DNA of 64,000 bases, taken from NCBI GenBank assembly GCA_012026655.1, contig JAAILG010000114.1:1-64000 (forward strand), read 5' to 3'. The stretch is from Hydrolagus affinis (lineage: Eukaryota). The notes beneath the pieces were generated by a model. It saw only the letters and a program-made list of their open reading frames with translations. It did no database searches and was not told the DNA's origin. Within the stretch, counting starts at the first letter, position 1; every line of letters begins with the position of its first letter. Positions 45,801 to 56,454 of this stretch are shown here, piece after piece. A program made the translations under genes and the position numbers.

Positions 45801-48800
45801 CTACATCTGTATGTCATCCTGACGTGAAAGGCACTATTCAAATGTAACTTTGGTGCGTCGTTATTGTAGTACTGTAGGTGGAGATTTCCTGGCTATGCAT
45901 TCATTTCATTGTGTGATGAGATTTCTATCCTCACCTTTAATCGGGTCAACTCTAATTAAGATCATATCCCCTCATTCGGAATTTGTCTACCATGCAGAAG
46001 AGTCCTTTGCCCCATCTAACTTGTCAACTCGATCCTTCATCTTAAATACTACAATTAAATCACCCTCAACCAACTATAACCCAGTCATAATCTCTCATCG
46101 TAAAATACTCCTGATCTCACATATAGCTCTGGTGAATCATTACCAGAATTTCCTCATTGCCACAATTCAAAAAGAGATGATTGTCCTGTTGTCCTAGCGC
46201 ACAATCCCTCTGATAACATTGATTATTATTATTAATTATTTTTGATGATTTGGAAACAAATCCCCACAATTCTTCTTCGTCTATTTTCAGTAATTCCTAC
46301 CACCCTTTTAAAGCGTGGCTAAAAATCTAATTTATGGCCTTTTTTCCCCTCCCTTAAGCCTGATACTGAATGCATCATACCATGATCACTATTCCAAAGA
46401 TGCTCCCTTACTTTCAAAATTTCTATTTCCATCCTTGTTTCTCATAATTAAATAATAACATTATTTTCTCCTGTGTTTTTAGCTGTTTAGAAAACAATGC
46501 TGAACGAATTCACAATTTCTACTTTCTTTTCTACTGCTGCTAAGTCGCCGTCCAGTGTGGAGGACACTATATAAATCGAAGTTGTTGTTATTATTGCCCT
46601 CTTATATATGAAAATTAAAATCTTTAATTATTACCACATTTGTGTTCTTGCAGACTTGTCTGATTTGTGTATAATGCATTTCTCCGTCAGTTCTACAAAA
46701 ATACTCCAGTGTGCTACACTCTTTCGATACACCTATAAGAATTCCACCTGCTGATTGCTCTCTTTACATTCCTCTTTTCAACTGTCATGCTGTTGTCATA
46801 ATAAGGTAGTGACCAGATGTCACTGATGCACAATAGTCTGTCAAGGCAACTGAAAATATACATACTGTATTTTCACATAGGTATCTGAATTGTTTTCCCA
46901 CAAGTCAAGACACATCCATAGCTTATGCAGGCTATAGCTAAATTTCAACAGTTGTCCTGTAAATGGTTCTCTACCCAGATCAGTATTTATCTTCAACCAG
47001 TTGACTCCATATTCTGCTTGCATAATCAAAAGACTAATACTCCAGAACAAATGTACCACTCAATCACTTGTTTCTACGGTTTTAATCAGATTGTTACCAA
47101 AGTCCCTCAAAAGCAATAAATTTAAATTTCTAATCTTTTAAGTGTATTTCACATTAGAACAACATAATTTAGAGAGCAACAGAAGACCCATTAACTTTCT
47201 ACACCAATATAATGTCAACATTGGAGTTGATGAGGCAATAAGATGCTTAGCAGGTAATTTGCCAGACACCACCAGGCAGCATTTTACAAGTTTAGGAGAT
47301 ACCTTTTTACCAAAAAAAAGGAAAAATAATTTGTATTTATATATATATACCCTGAGGCAGGGTAACATCCCAAAGTGGTAGATGTTTTTCATTCTAAAAT
47401 GTATCACAAATGTTATTGTTTCAGAAGGATTTCACAAGAAAATTGAAGAACACTTTCTCTTCTCGGCTCTCCTGTATTCCACAGAGTGAAGTGTGATTAT
47501 ATATGAAATGAAATGATTGAACAGGTGAATAGAACAAATTCACCAAAAACAGTACAGCATTTTTTACAGAAAGTAAAGATCCCTTTTGCGTTTCCTATGT
47601 TTAGTAGGAATCTTGAGTGCTTTAACTATTACGCAACACCTTTCAGAAGACCAAAAAACATCAGAATGTCACTGAGAATCATAGGCTCATTTGGCAGGCA
47701 AACATATTCAATTAATAACTAAAGTACAATTAATTATGTGATCAAAACATCTCTGGCTAAGTATCCACTTTGATGTTTTCTCTCCAGAACTAAAGGTATA
47801 CATTCACCTAGATCCTCATACAATTTCATGAATTGTCACTGAAATTTCTCCAAGGTTTATGAACTGGGACTCCTAAATCCCCTTGTTCACAATCTCTCCT
47901 CAGTACATTCCCATTTTCACATCCAAAAAGTACCGCTTTAGTTTTTAAGAGCCCACTGGACAGTTAAAACACAAAAATCTGACTGAGCGACGTCTAGAAT
48001 CCAGTTTAGATAATCAGATAATCTGTTGTGATGAAATAGTTATGTGATGGACATGCAATTAAGTTAAATCAATTTAAGAGCTGGAATGCTTCCTATTGAT
48101 TTATGAAAACCAGACATTTTTGTACCTGGCCTTCAGGATCCAAATCCTCAGAAATTTTTACTTCAGATGCATGTTGACTTGAACTCTTAGGCAACTGTTC
48201 ACTGACTGAATCACAATTTTTATCCACCTTTTCCTCAGCTTCAGTGGTCTTCTGATCGTCTGCTCCATCTTGATCACTTGTATCCTGAGAATCACTCTGG
48301 ATTGCATCTATATCAGTTTCCATCTATTACAAGACACTATTATTTACACTTCTAAATATAATATAGAAGTCAAGGAATGTATACGTTTAACTGAGTGTTT
48401 GAAAAGAAAATCTGGGGTTTATTCCTTTTAAAACCAGAAAGGCGTTTGCCGCACAGTTCAGGAATACAACAGGAAGGCTTGTGAAATGTAATCATTTTAA
48501 GCAGGATTAAAAAGTTCTACCTCACTGCCTATGTACAACAATCACATTTAATGAATTTTAAAATTGAAGAGTTGGTTCTACTATTACAAAACTGTAGGTG
48601 ATACATTAGAACTGAGTCAACCAAAGCAATGCAATTAAACAAGTAACAGAGAAGAGAGGAAATAAACAGATTTAAGGACCTATCCAGTATATTATTTTTC
48701 AACTGACAGTTTCAAACACAGTTTTTCTTAGCTGAGTTATTGATGTACCTTCTTACCACTTTCATTCTCACAGTATCCACCACCTGATTAAGAAATGCAT

Positions 48801-50903
48801 TTTGTATTTACCTTGCTATTGCCATCCTCTTCCATGCTAGCATCACCACCAGCTTCATCAGCATCGTTTTTTTTCCCTTAGGAAAAATTAAATAGGAGAT
48901 CACTCTACATTTTTCTACCTAACTGGCTGCCATAAATCCCCACCTTTAAAATTTCTGTCAGATTACTTCTGACAGTGACAATACAGTGTGCCCCAAAAAC
49001 TGCACTGGAAGTGTGACCCAGACAATAAGAGTTTGAAGTCCTGACAGGATTTGATTCCACAAATTCTCTGCTCAAGCGTATAACGTTCTGAGTCTGAGAC
49101 AAGAGTGCGCTATACAAACGTAATTTTGTTGGTGTTGGTGTCTCTAAAATTAATATTATCTACTGTATAAAGCTCTATCTGAGAGTCCTATTTGAATCAT
49201 TGTGCTGTATTGGGTCATCTAATCAGGAAAATTTAAGTCTTTCAAGGTGATAATTTACACTTAATAATAATCCTTGCATTTGATATAGTGCTTTTCACAT
49301 CTTATCGACGTCCAAGGTTTTGACCAGGCCCTGACCTGCCTGGATTCGAACACAGGTCTCCCCAGCTTGCAAGACAAATGCTCTAACCACTAAGCCACAG
49401 GAGCTCCACACTTGTATTGCAAATAGTTAGGTTGGGGAAATGGTTAATCACAAAACCCATTAAAGTTTCCCCAATATATAATAATGTGATTTGAAATCTG
49501 GTAATGTGACAGCTACAAAATTGTATGGGAAAAAAGGCATTACCTTTGCTCTTAGGAGTTTTCTTTGAAGGTGTATCTGATAGTTGAATGTTATCAGGAT
49601 CGCCTCCCTCCTCTTCTATAGCCTATTTTTAGATTTTTTTTTAAAAAAGAGCAAAACATTCATTAAAAAAAATTCTAGAACACCCATTTACACGTTGTAA
49701 TACAATCAAAAAATGAAACCAGATCAACAATGTAAGAACTATTTTGGAACAGCCATATCAGTTGCAGTAAACATGTAATTTAAGAAGAATCATTTACAAA
49801 CAAACAGTATATTAACATCAACGCCTTAATTTTCAACTAAATTCCTTATTTGAAAGTACTCACAATCCACTTTTTATTTAAAAAAAACCGTTGCTAAGAT
49901 CAATTTGCACATAAGAAAACCATACAAAACGGTTAAAATCATATAAAACCACACAATGCTGTCACCAAAATACCCAATTTTCTGTTAGCATTTGGCACTG
50001 CAATATTACAGTAGTTATGAATCCACACTATGTGCATAAAACATTGGTTTGCAATTTAGGAATAGTGTAACTCGATTAGACAAGTTACTCGCCGCTATTC
50101 CGATAAATGTATTTGAACGCATTTAAAACTATAAACCAATAATCCACAGACCTACAGACCTACGTTTAATACGTGATTATCATAAAGATAAGGTCCAATA
50201 AATGTTACTTTTCGGTTGAAATTAAAGTTTTAAAAACCATATTCCAGCAAATACAAACGCGAAAAAAAAACCTTCAAACTTAGATACCGATTCTTTAAAA
50301 ATAGACAACCCGGCGGTAGGAAGTTGCCATATTAAAAGAGCAGTTCTTAATAACGTATGAGTTTTAAACGAAAAAAAAGTCACTTTAGAGCCCATCTGAA
50401 ATATGTCAATGTCTACTGTTTGGAGCCCTCAGGGTCCTCTCAGGTGAAATACACTATATTCCAGGACACTGCCTCCAAAACGCAATGCTGTGACCAGGGA
50501 TCATTTGATCCCTCACTTCAAACAGAGCTCAAGTGTTTTTTTTAATTTCTAAACAAATGTGGGGGGAGGGGGGGGGCGGTGTAAATAACCACCATCGGTT
50601 TGGGTCGACTCTGTGACAAATTAGACCCGTTTCCAGCGGCAGCCATTAAAAAGAGGGATGTCAGTGGGCTCCCACCGAGGCCCAGTTAGGCGCCAGGCGC
50701 CAAACGGCAGCATCCCGCTCATCGGGTAGAAGCAACGGGGCCCCCCACTTCCTGCCTTCCTTTCGCACCTGCTTGAGCCTAGTGATCAGGACATTTTTAA
50801 CGCCGCTGGTGTCCAAGTTCCGTCGCTTCAGTTCGGATTTGAGGTCCACGACCCGCAAGTCCGTTAAGCGCCGGCCCTCGGGCGCGCTCACCACAGCCGC
50901 CAT
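30670..50903 (-). CDS. SLTM: SAFB-like transcription modulator, spliced gene span, 20 coding exons, about 1040 aa
   Basis: SAP domain ([31 protein letters not shown]), [22 protein letters not shown] ([17 protein letters not shown]...CYGFVTM), RE-rich coiled coil, C-terminus [12 protein letters not shown]; phases consistent, total 3123 nt. Confidence 0.95.
32238..32404 (-). CDS. SLTM: SLTM exon 19
   Basis: tcccag|[27 protein letters not shown]...GMMPPS|gtacta. Confidence 0.9.
32818..32962 (-). CDS. SLTM: SLTM exon 18
   Basis: cttcag|[24 protein letters not shown]...ERGSNNQ|gtgggt. Confidence 0.9.
33638..34018 (-). CDS. SLTM: SLTM exon 17
   Basis: aatcag|[16 protein letters not shown]...[12 protein letters not shown]...SSKREI|gtattg. 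Confidence 0.9.
34536..34679 (-). CDS. SLTM: SLTM exon 16
   Basis: gtttag|[47 protein letters not shown]|gtaagt. Confidence 0.92.
34690..35414. mobile_element. Non-autonomous Tc1/mariner (pogo/Tigger-like) element with internal 443-bp palindrome
   Basis: TA-flanked imperfect termini TACATTAGAAGCCCGTTTATCC vs reverse complement of the right end TACAGTAAAAGCCAGTTTATAC; internal inverted arms span 34824-35266. Confidence 0.6.
35593..35662 (+). repeat. Inverted (antisense) copy of SLTM exon-18 acceptor + first 64 exonic nt
   Basis: 64/70 identity to the reverse complement of 32899-32968. Confidence 0.9.
35789..35950 (+). mobile_element. SINE 3' half
   Basis: TTTGTGGGACACTGCTATGCGCAATTGGCTGC...GCTATATCAAATGCAAGATTATTATTA. 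Confidence 0.8.
36561..36685 (-). CDS. SLTM: SLTM exon 15
   Basis: ttgtag|[41 protein letters not shown]|gtattt. Confidence 0.93.
37008..37188 (-). CDS. SLTM: SLTM exon 14 (RE-rich coiled coil)
   Basis: atttag|[60 protein letters not shown]|gtgaag. Confidence 0.95.
37508..37662 (-). CDS. SLTM: SLTM exon 13
   Basis: ttgcag|VSTSKSKEK...[30 protein letters not shown]|gtatgg. Confidence 0.93.
38204..38298 (-). CDS. SLTM: SLTM exon 12
   Basis: ccccag|(S)[31 protein letters not shown]|gtgagc; this donor is the one that keeps the frame. Confidence 0.88.
38404..38573 (-). CDS. SLTM: SLTM exon 11
   Basis: tataag|[14 protein letters not shown]...KKADDKRRR|gtatgc, phase 2 to phase 1. Confidence 0.85.
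39442..39557 (-). CDS. SLTM: SLTM exon 10
   Basis: tttaag|[38 protein letters not shown]|gtaagt. Confidence 0.9.
40053..40340 (-). mobile_element. SINE copy (body and tail)
   Basis: aataataatgcttgcatttgatatagcgcc...gtgtggagtaaggaaacttgcc. Confidence 0.75.
40550..40699 (-). CDS. SLTM: SLTM exon 9 (RRM, RNP1)
   Basis: ccctag|[50 protein letters not shown]|gtaaat. Confidence 0.96.
40808..40938 (-). CDS. SLTM: SLTM exon 8 (RRM, RNP2)
   Basis: ttatag|[43 protein letters not shown]|gtatga. Confidence 0.95.
41306..41352 (-). CDS. SLTM: SLTM exon 7
   Basis: tcatag|[15 protein letters not shown]|gtgact, 47 nt, phase 2 to phase 1. Confidence 0.88.
42084..42555 (-). CDS. SLTM: SLTM exon 6
   Basis: tctcag|[20 protein letters not shown]...[19 protein letters not shown]...[12 protein letters not shown]|gtttgt. 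Confidence 0.92.
44048..44075 (-). CDS. SLTM: SLTM exon 5 (28-nt small exon)
   Basis: tttcag|EAEEDENEK|gtatgt; supplies the phase 0 to phase 1 link between exons 4 and 6. Confidence 0.85.
48126..48323 (-). CDS. SLTM: SLTM exon 4 (acidic)
   Basis: taatag|[20 protein letters not shown]...EDLDPEGQ|gtacaa, 198 nt. Confidence 0.85.
48812..48876 (-). CDS. SLTM: SLTM exon 3
   Basis: cctaag|(G)[21 protein letters not shown]|gtaaat, 65 nt. Confidence 0.9.
49263..49407 (-). mobile_element. Internally deleted tRNA-derived SINE
   Basis: Head GGAGCTCCTGTGGCTTAGTGGTTAGAGCA...GTTCGAATCC joined almost directly to the 3' tail. Confidence 0.75.
49544..49622 (-). CDS. SLTM: SLTM exon 2
   Basis: aaatag|[26 protein letters not shown]|gtaatg, 79 nt. 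Confidence 0.93.
50769..50903 (-). CDS. SLTM: SLTM exon 1 (SAP domain)
   Basis: [45 protein letters not shown]|gtgcga. Confidence 0.95.
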
Positions 50904-51060
50904 TTTACGTTCCTAGTTAAGTCGCTGGTTCCAGTCAAAGCCCGGTCAGGAGCCCGGATGTAAGAGGCTGTCGCAAAAACCAGAAAACCAGGAGCCGGGG
51001 TTAACTGGACTGGACTGTGGGTTCAGGTGGCAACGGAAGCAAACTGGAACCGGAATAAAT
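50896..51060 (-). promoter_or_regulatory. SLTM proximal promoter / 5' UTR with YY1 and ETS-type motifs
   Basis: YY1 consensus AAAATGGCGGC overlapping the ATG (50896-50906); CGGAAG at 51034 and further CCGGA cores; CpG-rich. Confidence 0.6.
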
Positions 51061-51939
51061 AAATCTTTCCATTTGACATAGCGACTGTTCACGTCTCCGA
51101 GACGCGTCTCAGAGCGATTCACAAAATAAACTGTGAAGTGAATTGACTTGCGTATTGTGTGGGCGAAAGGCGCACAGCAGTGTCCCACAAACAGTCGTGA
51201 ATAGCCATCGACCGGAGATTGTACTGGCTTGTAGGTATCGCTTATGAAGTGACACGGGAGGAGATACAGTCGTCAAGTCAGTGGGAGTCGTGTTTCGTTT
51301 CCATTCAACTGACAACTGGGAGGGCATCCCGCTCCTAGCTCACTCCTGTTTATCGCACTGCTAGTGTGCAGCCAGCGATAGAAATGAACTGGAATGGCTG
51401 GGAGAGCGGGTACTGGCTGAGTTGGGGAAACGGAATCTGGGTGCGGAGGAGATGTGGGCCGACAAGGCTACTTATTGGTGGACTTGGGATCTTCTTGACA
51501 ACCCCCCAACCAACCCCCCCGCCCCCCCCATCCCCCACAAAAAATCTTATAAAGCATCCATTACTGTCAGGAGCTTACTTTTTTTTGGATGGGTGAAACA
51601 CGCTGTGAAGTGGCTCAAGTTACGGATGACGTTGAAAAGCACACGGCCGGTAGAAAGAAACAAAACGCGTCCTATCAAACCAAAAACAACAACAAAATTA
51701 CATGTATAGAGCGCTTTCAAATCAGGAGGAAATCCTCAGCATTACTTCCCCCCTTCCCCTCCCCCCCCAACCCCCCAAAAAGTTTGAAACCGAATAAAAT
51801 CAAATGGCATATTGTAACTTTCACCTGAGCAGGATACGATGGTGTGTTGTTATATAGTGACTTTGTTTGTTTGTTTGTTTGTGTGTATATATATATATTT
51901 GTGTGTGTGGATTGAAAGCAGTAAAATACCTAAGGCGCC

Positions 51940-52340
51940 TTTCAAAAGTCGCCGGCTGCGCATGCTCAGATACCCCGTCATGTGTCACCGTTCGCACCGT
52001 GTTTACCGGCTACGTCATGTGACGCAGAGCCAGGAGGAAGGGGGGGGGGGGTGGAACTTTTTATATTTTTTTAAATAAGGAGGATTTTCTTTGACATTTA
52101 TCTTCGAGTGGCTTCGCGTCTGGTCGAAATTTGTTTCAATATTATACACGAGTATGGGAGTTTGTGGTTATATATATACACACACAGAAAATAAAACATA
52201 CACGAGGGCGCGTTATAGCCGCTTCGCGGGGGTTGAACAAAGCCGGTGTCGTAAAAAAATAAACGCGGTGCGCAGGCGCAAGGCGACACTAAGTGCGAAT
52301 GAGGAGAGGAAAGAGGGAAACCTACAGAATACGGTTTTGT
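51940..52340 (+). promoter_or_regulatory. CpG promoter of the divergent gene with NRF1-like and E-box/CRE motifs
   Basis: TGCGCATGCTCA at 51957; palindromic CGTCATGTGACG at 52013-52024; a second CGTCATGTG at 51976. Confidence 0.55.
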
Positions 52341-52670
52341 CGTAAAGACTCGAGCTCCCCAGCTTCCCGCCCCCTCCTCCCCCAACAGTCCGACGCGTTT
52401 AACCGACGCTCGTGAAGCTCGTCAAAGAGGGGAGCGGAGCCTGAGAAGAGGAAAAAAAAACCTCTTACCCCCTCCCAACCTCACTCTCTCTCTCTTTCTT
52501 TCTTTCTTACCCCGGGTTCCCGAAGAGGCGAAAGAAGTCAGAAGAAGAAGAAGAAAAAAAGAAGAAGAATTTTCCAAACAACAAACAAAAAATGCCTGAA
52601 TAAAAAAAAACGCTGGGGTAAAGGGGGAAAAAAATGCGCGTCTCGCAGGACTTCAAGGCAAAGAGCTTCG
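52340..52670 (+). other. Probable non-coding first exon of a divergent gene (RNF111/Arkadia expected by vertebrate synteny MINDY2-SLTM-RNF111); 5' boundary approximate
   Basis: CpG-rich segment ending in the donor TCG|GTAAGA at 52670/52671, followed by more than 11 kb of intron-like DNA with no coding exon; identity inferred from synteny only. Confidence 0.45.
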
Positions 52671-54635
52671 GTAAGATCGGTTTTCTCCGTCGTCATGTGG
52701 GGTTTTGTTTTTACTTTTTTTTTGGAATCTTCCTCGTACACTCTCACTCAAGAAAAAAAAATCCCTTCCTCCTCGCTGAAGGCTCCTCCGTATTTGTCTT
52801 CTTTTTTTAAGGGTTAGGGTTGGGTATTGGTGGTGTGGGGGTGTGGGGGGGTGGGGAGGGAGGGAGGGTGGTGGGGGTGGAGAAGAAAGTGAACACCGAA
52901 AAGTCTCGGCCTGGTCAGCTCAGCGCATTTTGAGCTGCTGACGTTCGTGCGCTCTGACCCCCCGCACAAATATCCACACACCACGGCGGCTGCCTTCAGG
53001 CAGGAGGAAGGAAAGAGGGAAGGGAGGAAGGAAGGTAGTGGAGGAGGGAGGCTTGGATTAAAAAAAAGTTGTTTCAATCTTCAATGTAATCTCCCTGATG
53101 TCTTTGGTTTATTTATTTTTATTTTTTACCCCCCAAAAATGCTATCACACATACAGACACATACAAGACGAGACATACGAACGAACGCACAAGCAACCCG
53201 CCTTTCACAGGGGAAAAAATATTTTCAGAAGGCTCTCTCTCTCTCTGTTAAGTTATGTAGGTAGGTTGGTTGCCAGGGAGTGATGTAGGATCCTCGGTGG
53301 CTTTTGAATTGTCTGTTGATTGATTGAGCATGTTGCAGTCTGTTCACAGGAGGACCAGAAAGGGGGGAAACAAATGCCGGGTGCGTTTTTCCTATGTGTA
53401 TATTTCCGATGTCAAATTCTTATGCCGGTTTGAGAAAGTAAGAGATTCAGCAGTGAGAGAGCCGGTTTTAAAACGGTCTAATTTGCTGAGTTTCTCTTCT
53501 ACGGTACTGCCATTTCCTTGTATTCTTTAAAAGGGTTTTTTTTTTAAAAAAACGTAAGTCTTGTTCTTTGGAAGTGATTAATCTCTACGTGTCATTTTGA
53601 ATAAGATCAGTTTTTATTACAATTGTAAGTTTGGATATTTCAATTTGAGGCCTTCTCCGACCAGAAATGGGATGGGACCATGGGATCCAGCAGTACATAA
53701 TGTGGAATTGTACTGCATATAATGCTATCAGGTACACTGCAATTGTATCAATATCCATTTTTTAAATTTAAAAAAAGCTATTTACAATTATTCATCAGGA
53801 ACTGGCTCAACCTAAAGCTATTTCCAAACTAGGTTTTAATCATTTATGGCTTTGCCTTTTCAAATGAGACAACGAAGTGGGTCATATTCATGCATTACAT
53901 TGGTTCATGCATTATATTGTATGCAATTATCATGGAATACATTAATTTATTTGTATTCACTACTGTGATTCAGTTCTATAAATAACGCTGCTTTGATTGC
54001 AGATTAATTTATTAGATGAGCCTACTATCTTTCCCTTGAATTTTCTTCCCCTACCCTTTCCTTCTATCGGTCTCATAGCTTCCAGCTATTTGTTTGAGGT
54101 ACAAGACTGCGTAACCAAGCTGTTCAACTCGGGGAGCAGTCAAACACAATTCTATTTGCACACGCACACTTTCTAGTAGAGGTTGAGAGTCGGAGCCCTG
54201 CTGTATTTCCCTTCACAGTTCCTAAACCTAAGAGTACTGGGGCCAACCATAAACAAACTCAGTGCTGCCCTGGTATGTTACAGAGCCCCTCCACCCATAT
54301 GTCAGGTATATTGTATTTAAGAAGACTGGGGAAAGTGTAATGCATGTCTCAATCATTTAGTTATTGTGGTTTTGAACTGACCATATCGTTTTTCCTTCTT
54401 TGTGGTGTCATGATGATTGACATGTGAAGTATGTTGTAATCTGGTATTTTCATCGTCTACATACAGTCAACTATTCCTTTTTTTAAAAAAACATTTTCGC
54501 AGGTTATTTTTAACTAACATTTTTAGTTAACATATAACATTACACAAATCTTCAATGACATATATGTCACAGATGGCAGTATTATAATTTACTGTGTCAC
54601 TGAAATAGTATGGTGTTTTGGTATGGCATATATGT

Positions 54636-55010
54636 CAGCTTGCCTCATTTGGTTGCACCCTTGCCTCTGGGTCAGCAGGTTATGGATTTAAGCCCCATAT
54701 CATGACTTGAGCACATAGTTGCAGTAGTCACTCCAGTGTATTACTGGGGGAAATGCTGAATTACTGGAGATCTCATCTTTTGGATATGGTATTAAGATGA
54801 GTCATCTGTCTGTTCAGGACATTGAAGTAATCCCATGACTATTGGGGAAAGAAAATCTTTGTCCAGTATTCTAGCTAGCAATCGTCCAGATTAATTGGTC
54901 ATTCATCCCATGGCTGTTTGTTGGATGATGCTAAAGCATATTGCAACTGTGTTTGCCAACCAAGATAGTCACGACACTTGACAGGAATTACACATGAGGA
55001 ACTTTTTGAG
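54636..55010 (+). mobile_element. Ancient Deu-domain SINE (SacSINE1/AmnSINE-like), degenerate
   Basis: GCCTCTGGGTCAGCAGGTTATGGATTTAAGCCCCA..GACTTGAGCACATA...CACTCCAGTGTATTACTG...TCTTTTGGAT resembles a tRNA head plus Deu domain. Confidence 0.55.
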
Positions 55011-56204
55011 ACATAATGAAGTACAGTGAAGCAAGTTTTTTTCATTTCAGCTTTTCATACTACGAAAGCTGATGAGACTGCAGTAAAACAATTTTTTTAA
55101 TCCATTCTATTTCATAATAATATCATTTGCAAAAAGACATTTTCATCTGAATATTAACTTAATGACTGAATTTTGCTTGGCCTGCCGGTAAATACACGTA
55201 AATAAATGTACACTAGTTCAGAATAGTACAGTTCTGTTTTTTCCACTTGATTATTTTCAAACATACTCATTTGGGAAATATTATTGCACGTGAGGGTCCT
55301 GAATGTGTAAGTAATGATGCAGTTAAAAGTGCTACCAAACAATGTTGGGGAGAGTTGGGGGTGAGTCAGAGCAGCAGCCGTATAGAGTGAGTAACACCAG
55401 TTCTCCATTCGTGTAGTAGTATCAAACTTTGACTGACTCCATTTTACTACCAGGTTGAATAATCAATTATTCGGTCTGAGGAGAGGTTCAAGTCAGCTTT
55501 AGTAAATTAATGTTTGTGACCGCTGTGGTTGACCGTGACCCAAAACACTTCCTTGCTGTTCCTCCTATCCCATTATTTAGGATTTTCTACCAAATTTTGG
55601 ATGTAAATTAGAAGCCATGTAATCTCTGCTTTTGTTGTTTATTTTTAAAATTAGATGGCTGATTGGTGGAAATTATGAAAATGAATTGGTGGCAATGTCT
55701 GGAGGTCCTGCTTGCATTTTAGCAGATGTGGCTGAGTTATCCTGTATGATTAATCTCTTGACAGTTATAAACTGTGAATAGAAAGCGCTTCTTAAAAGCC
55801 TGTACTGTCTATCTTTGGACAATAATAAGAATTCAGATCATTTCTTCGACCACATGAAATTCTTTCCTCATGTAAACTCAAACTGGGTTTAAAATGGTGG
55901 CTTGGATTCTATTTTTCAATTTCTAGAAATGTCAGACATGTTTGTTGGCTATGCTCTTTATATGTTGCAACTTTCATTCTCTTGCTTTTCATGAACATTA
56001 TGCTGAAATATGTGATTGTTGAGCTCTAGGTTAAAGTGAATTAAGTCTGATATTGCAAAGGCAATGTATCTTTAGTAAAGCTGATCATTATATAAAATGT
56101 AAAAATACAGTCACTCCACTTTGCAATATACTGTACTGTATTCTGTGAAGTCCTTTGAGGTGTCTAATAATGTCAAAGGCACTATAATCAAATTGCTATT
56201 ATTG

Positions 56205-56454
56205 ACTGGGACACTGGGAGAAGCTTCCTTCTCTTTTCAAATAGTGCTATGGGTCCGTTAATATCCATTCTCACCAGGAAAGTGAAATTTTGGTTTAATA
56301 TCTCATCCGAACGACAGTATGTCCAACAATATAGTGCTCTCTCGGTACTTTGGAAGTGTCAACCCGAATTGTGGGTTAAAAATTCTGACTTGAGGCTTGA
56401 ACCCACAACCTTCTTTCTCAGAGATGAAAACGCTTTTGACTGAGATAGCCTGAC
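56205..56454 (-). mobile_element. Ancient Deu-domain SINE, degenerate
   Basis: Minus strand TCTCTGAGAAAGAAGGTTGTGGGTTCAAGCCTCA...TGACACTTCCAAAGTACCGAGAGAGCAC...GTCGTTCGGATGAGATATTAAACC. Confidence 0.6.

Noticed and set aside
48757-48783. 27-nt exon-like segment (cag|GTGGTGGAT...AAAGTG|gtaaga) after SLTM exon 3
   Set aside because: Only 28 nt from the exon-3 donor, too short for an intron, and its phase does not allow it to replace exon 3
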